Of a stretch of 64,000 nt of DNA, positions 61,750-64,000 are shown piece by piece. Source of the stretch: Leptospira sp. (GTDB lineage: Bacteria > Spirochaetota > Leptospiria > Leptospirales > Leptospiraceae). The position numbers were made by a program, and so were the translations under genes. How positions within the stretch are numbered: the stretch's first letter is position 1; each line of letters begins with the position of its first letter. The notes under the pieces are model-generated. The model was not told the origin of the DNA. It made no database searches and worked only from the letters and a program-made list of their open reading frames with translations. Location of the stretch: the NCBI GenBank assembly GCA_034439575.1, contig JAWXAQ010000036.1:1-64000 (forward strand). The letters are read 5' to 3'.

Positions 61750-63237
61750 TTGGACCATGAAGCGCACTTATCAAATCTCCTATCTCATGCTCCATTGTTC
61801 TTTTTCGAAGTAGACTTGGATTTAAATTTTATATATCTAAATAAAGTGCAATCAGGCTTTACTAAAGAGCAAATTCTCGGAAAATCCGTGATCGACTTTG
61901 TTCCACTGGAATATAAGGAAAGTTATGAACAATTCTACCGCTCTGTTATTGCTACACATGAAACAGGAAATTTTGAAATCAAAGCTGAAATCGGTCCTGG
62001 AGAATTTGGCTATTACCAATTTACCTTAGCACCTATTTTTAAAGACAAGAAACTCACGAGTTTACTCGGCATCAGTAGAGATATCACTGATCAGAAAAAT
62101 GAAGTGATTAAAACGAAATTTTTGCAAATTAAGGCGGAGAAGGAAAGCTTATTAAAATCAAACTTTCTCGCGGAGATGAGTCACGAAATTCGGACTCCAC
62201 TCAATGGTGTAACTGGATTTGCCCAATTATTAACTCTATCACTAAAAGAAATGGCGATCGAGTCTAAAGAATTCGAAACGATCAATCAATATATTTCTGG
62301 ATTGAATGCAGCATCGAATTCACTTCTAGCAATCGTAAATAATATATTAAGTATCACTGAAATTGAGGCAGGGAAGAGTTCCTTAAATTTAGTAGATTGC
62401 GATATCCTTGATTTGATAAAAAATGCGAGGGATTCACTTCAGTTAATGGCCGAAAAAAAGGGAATTAAAATCATCATTGAATCAAACTTTAATCACCTAT
62501 TCGTAAAATTGGACAAAGGAAAATTCTTAACAATAATGAATAACCTTATAAATAATGCGATTAAGTATAGCAATGAAGGAACGATTCTAATTTCGGTACA
62601 ATTTAGTGAAAATATTCTAACAGTTAATATAAAAGATGAAGGAATCGGAATCAGCAAAAATAATTTAGAGCGAATCTTTAAACAGTATGAACGTATAGAA
62701 AGTGGGTCTACTCAATTGAATGAAGGATTTGGAATTGGTTTATCTTTAGTAAAAGGCTATTGTGAGGTGATGGGTGGAGAAATTTCGGTTCAATCCACTT
62801 TGAATGAAGGCAGCACTTTCACGGTTCGCCTTCTTGTATCCAAGTCGGTAACAACTGCTAATGAAACCTTCGACTCACACAAACTTACTTATCATCGAGC
62901 ATTAGTAGTGGATGACAACCAAGCAAATTTAATGATACTTAAATCACTATTAAAAAAAGCGGGCATTCAAAACGTTGAAGTTGCCAATAGTGGTTTTGAG
63001 TCATTAGAAAAAATAAAAGAATTTAAGCCAGACATTGTGTTTATGGATCTATTTATGCCAAATATGGATGGATTTGAGACAATCGAAATGATGCGAAAAA
63101 TGGAACTTAGTGTAAAGTATGTTATGGTAAGCGCAGATGCAATGGATTCGACTGTCCAAAAAGCGTTATCATTGAACATAGAATATATGACAAAGCCTGT
63201 TGTTTTTTCAGTTCTTAAATCAATCATCAACTCTTGA
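61750..63237 (+). CDS. PAS-domain hybrid histidine kinase with receiver; start 61750 or 61642
   Basis: PAS/PAC ending SRDITDQK, MSHEIRTPLNG, NNAIKY, DEGIG, GFGIGL, VVDDN, FMDLFMP. Confidence 0.9.
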   Translation: MDHEAHLSNLLSHAPLFFFEVDLDLNFIYLNKVQSGFTKEQILGKSVIDFVPLEYKESYEQFYRSVIATHETGNFEIKAEIGPGEFGYYQFTLAPIFKDKKLTSLLGISRDITDQKNEVIKTKFLQIKAEKESLLKSNFLAEMSHEIRTPLNGVTGFAQLLTLSLKEMAIESKEFETINQYISGLNAASNSLLAIVNNILSITEIEAGKSSLNLVDCDILDLIKNARDSLQLMAEKKGIKIIIESNFNHLFVKLDKGKFLTIMNNLINNAIKYSNEGTILISVQFSENILTVNIKDEGIGISKNNLERIFKQYERIESGSTQLNEGFGIGLSLVKGYCEVMGGEISVQSTLNEGSTFTVRLLVSKSVTTANETFDSHKLTYHRALVVDDNQANLMILKSLLKKAGIQNVEVANSGFESLEKIKEFKPDIVFMDLFMPNMDGFETIEMMRKMELSVKYVMVSADAMDSTVQKALSLNIEYMTKPVVFSVLKSIINS

Positions 63238-63358
63238 CTTTCCATTAAAGAATCATTCTATTCACAAGAGTTTCACTTTTTAAGAACCAATGGTTATTAG
63301 CATATCCATAAATTCCTTGAACAGTTCATTAAAAATGCAATTTTGAATGATATCTGAA

Positions 63359-63393
63359 AAAGTTCGGGAGAAGAAAATCCCCTCCCGAACTTT
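63359..63393 (-). terminator. Intrinsic terminator, possibly bidirectional
   Basis: AAAGTTCGGGAG...CTCCCGAACTTT 12-bp inverted repeat; T run on minus strand. Confidence 0.85.
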
Positions 63394-63421
63394 AAACTAA
63401 TATAGGTGTTTAGTTAATCAC

Positions 63422-64000
63422 TCATTCACTTTCAAAACGTAAGGTCGATGCAGTGGAAGTGGAATGTTTAAATGACGTTGTATACAAAGAGATTGGCTTT
63501 GGTACGGCATACATTGGATCAATATTGTCAATAGCAAGTGCTAGACGGCTTCCGACAGAAAAGTCATGTGCTACTGCTTGCAAATCAACATTTATATCTG
63601 TGTCTTTCCCCTTCACACCAAATAGTGTCGCCGTTCCATGAGAGATCAACTTTCCAGTTCCCCAAAAATCTACCTCATACAAATACACCACTACGTGCGG
63701 CGCATTGTCAGAACTATTGATCCGACCTTTGTAAAAACTGCGACCTCGAAGTTTCAATGGACTTGTTAATTTGTCTGAGAGATACACCATGGCATTGGTG
63801 TGATCAATCAAATTGACATTCGTTGTCACTGGCACAGATACTGCTCCATCTAAGATCTCTGATAGAAGAGGAACACCCGTTGTGGCACCTGTTCCACCAG
63901 AAAGGATCGTATCGGTTCCGTTAGATGTGTTGGCAGTCGTAGTGATTTTCCCAGGGCTTAAGAGTCCCATGGGGCGTAGGTGATAGGTGCGTTCTATTTT
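63422..64000 (-). CDS. C-terminal part of a CocE/NonD (peptidase S15-like) hydrolase, partial
   Basis: Frame open to window edge; YLYEVD.WG.GKLISHG, VDLQAVAHDF..GSRLALAID..DPMY. Confidence 0.75.
   Translation of the reverse strand, partial: KIERTYHLRPMGLLSPGKITTTANTSNGTDTILSGGTGATTGVPLLSEILDGAVSVPVTTNVNLIDHTNAMVYLSDKLTSPLKLRGRSFYKGRINSSDNAPHVVVYLYEVDFWGTGKLISHGTATLFGVKGKDTDINVDLQAVAHDFSVGSRLALAIDNIDPMYAVPKPISLYTTSFKHSTSTASTLRFESE

Overview
AT-rich bacterial chromosomal segment. Gene content and protein style (many spirochaete-type lipoproteins, HmuY plus FRAP/NPNL receptor, TPR-SpoIIE) point to Leptospira, probably a saprophytic species; this is inference. In order: end of ftsQ-ftsA-ftsZ; an LpoB-like/COG3014 lipoprotein pair; nadA-ispF; a long operon (PP2C phosphatase, AttH/lipocalin, yejBE-oppDF-like ABC, AsmA); AKR; MutS-like ATPase; fatty-acid genes; an RND pump with a truncated TolC; CMD peroxidase plus ArsS radical SAM; a PTPS-III-type pterin enzyme; a divergent heme-uptake locus with Fur-like boxes; desT-desCB with operators; creBCD with a poly-T frameshift in creC; czcCBA preceded by a CxxC/RPP leader ORF; acetoacetyl-CoA synthetase, desaturase, GlpT-like MFS, hybrid kinase and a partial CocE/NonD hydrolase. 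I saw no rRNA, tRNA, CRISPR or IS element. Most interesting: the Arg-Pro-Pro codons of the czc leader ORF are complementary to the czcC Shine-Dalgarno, suggesting a metal-sensing ribosome-stalling switch. Also notable are CsrA-type hairpins before an orphan small protein and the creC homopolymer frameshift. All calls are from reading motifs by eye; no database searches were run.
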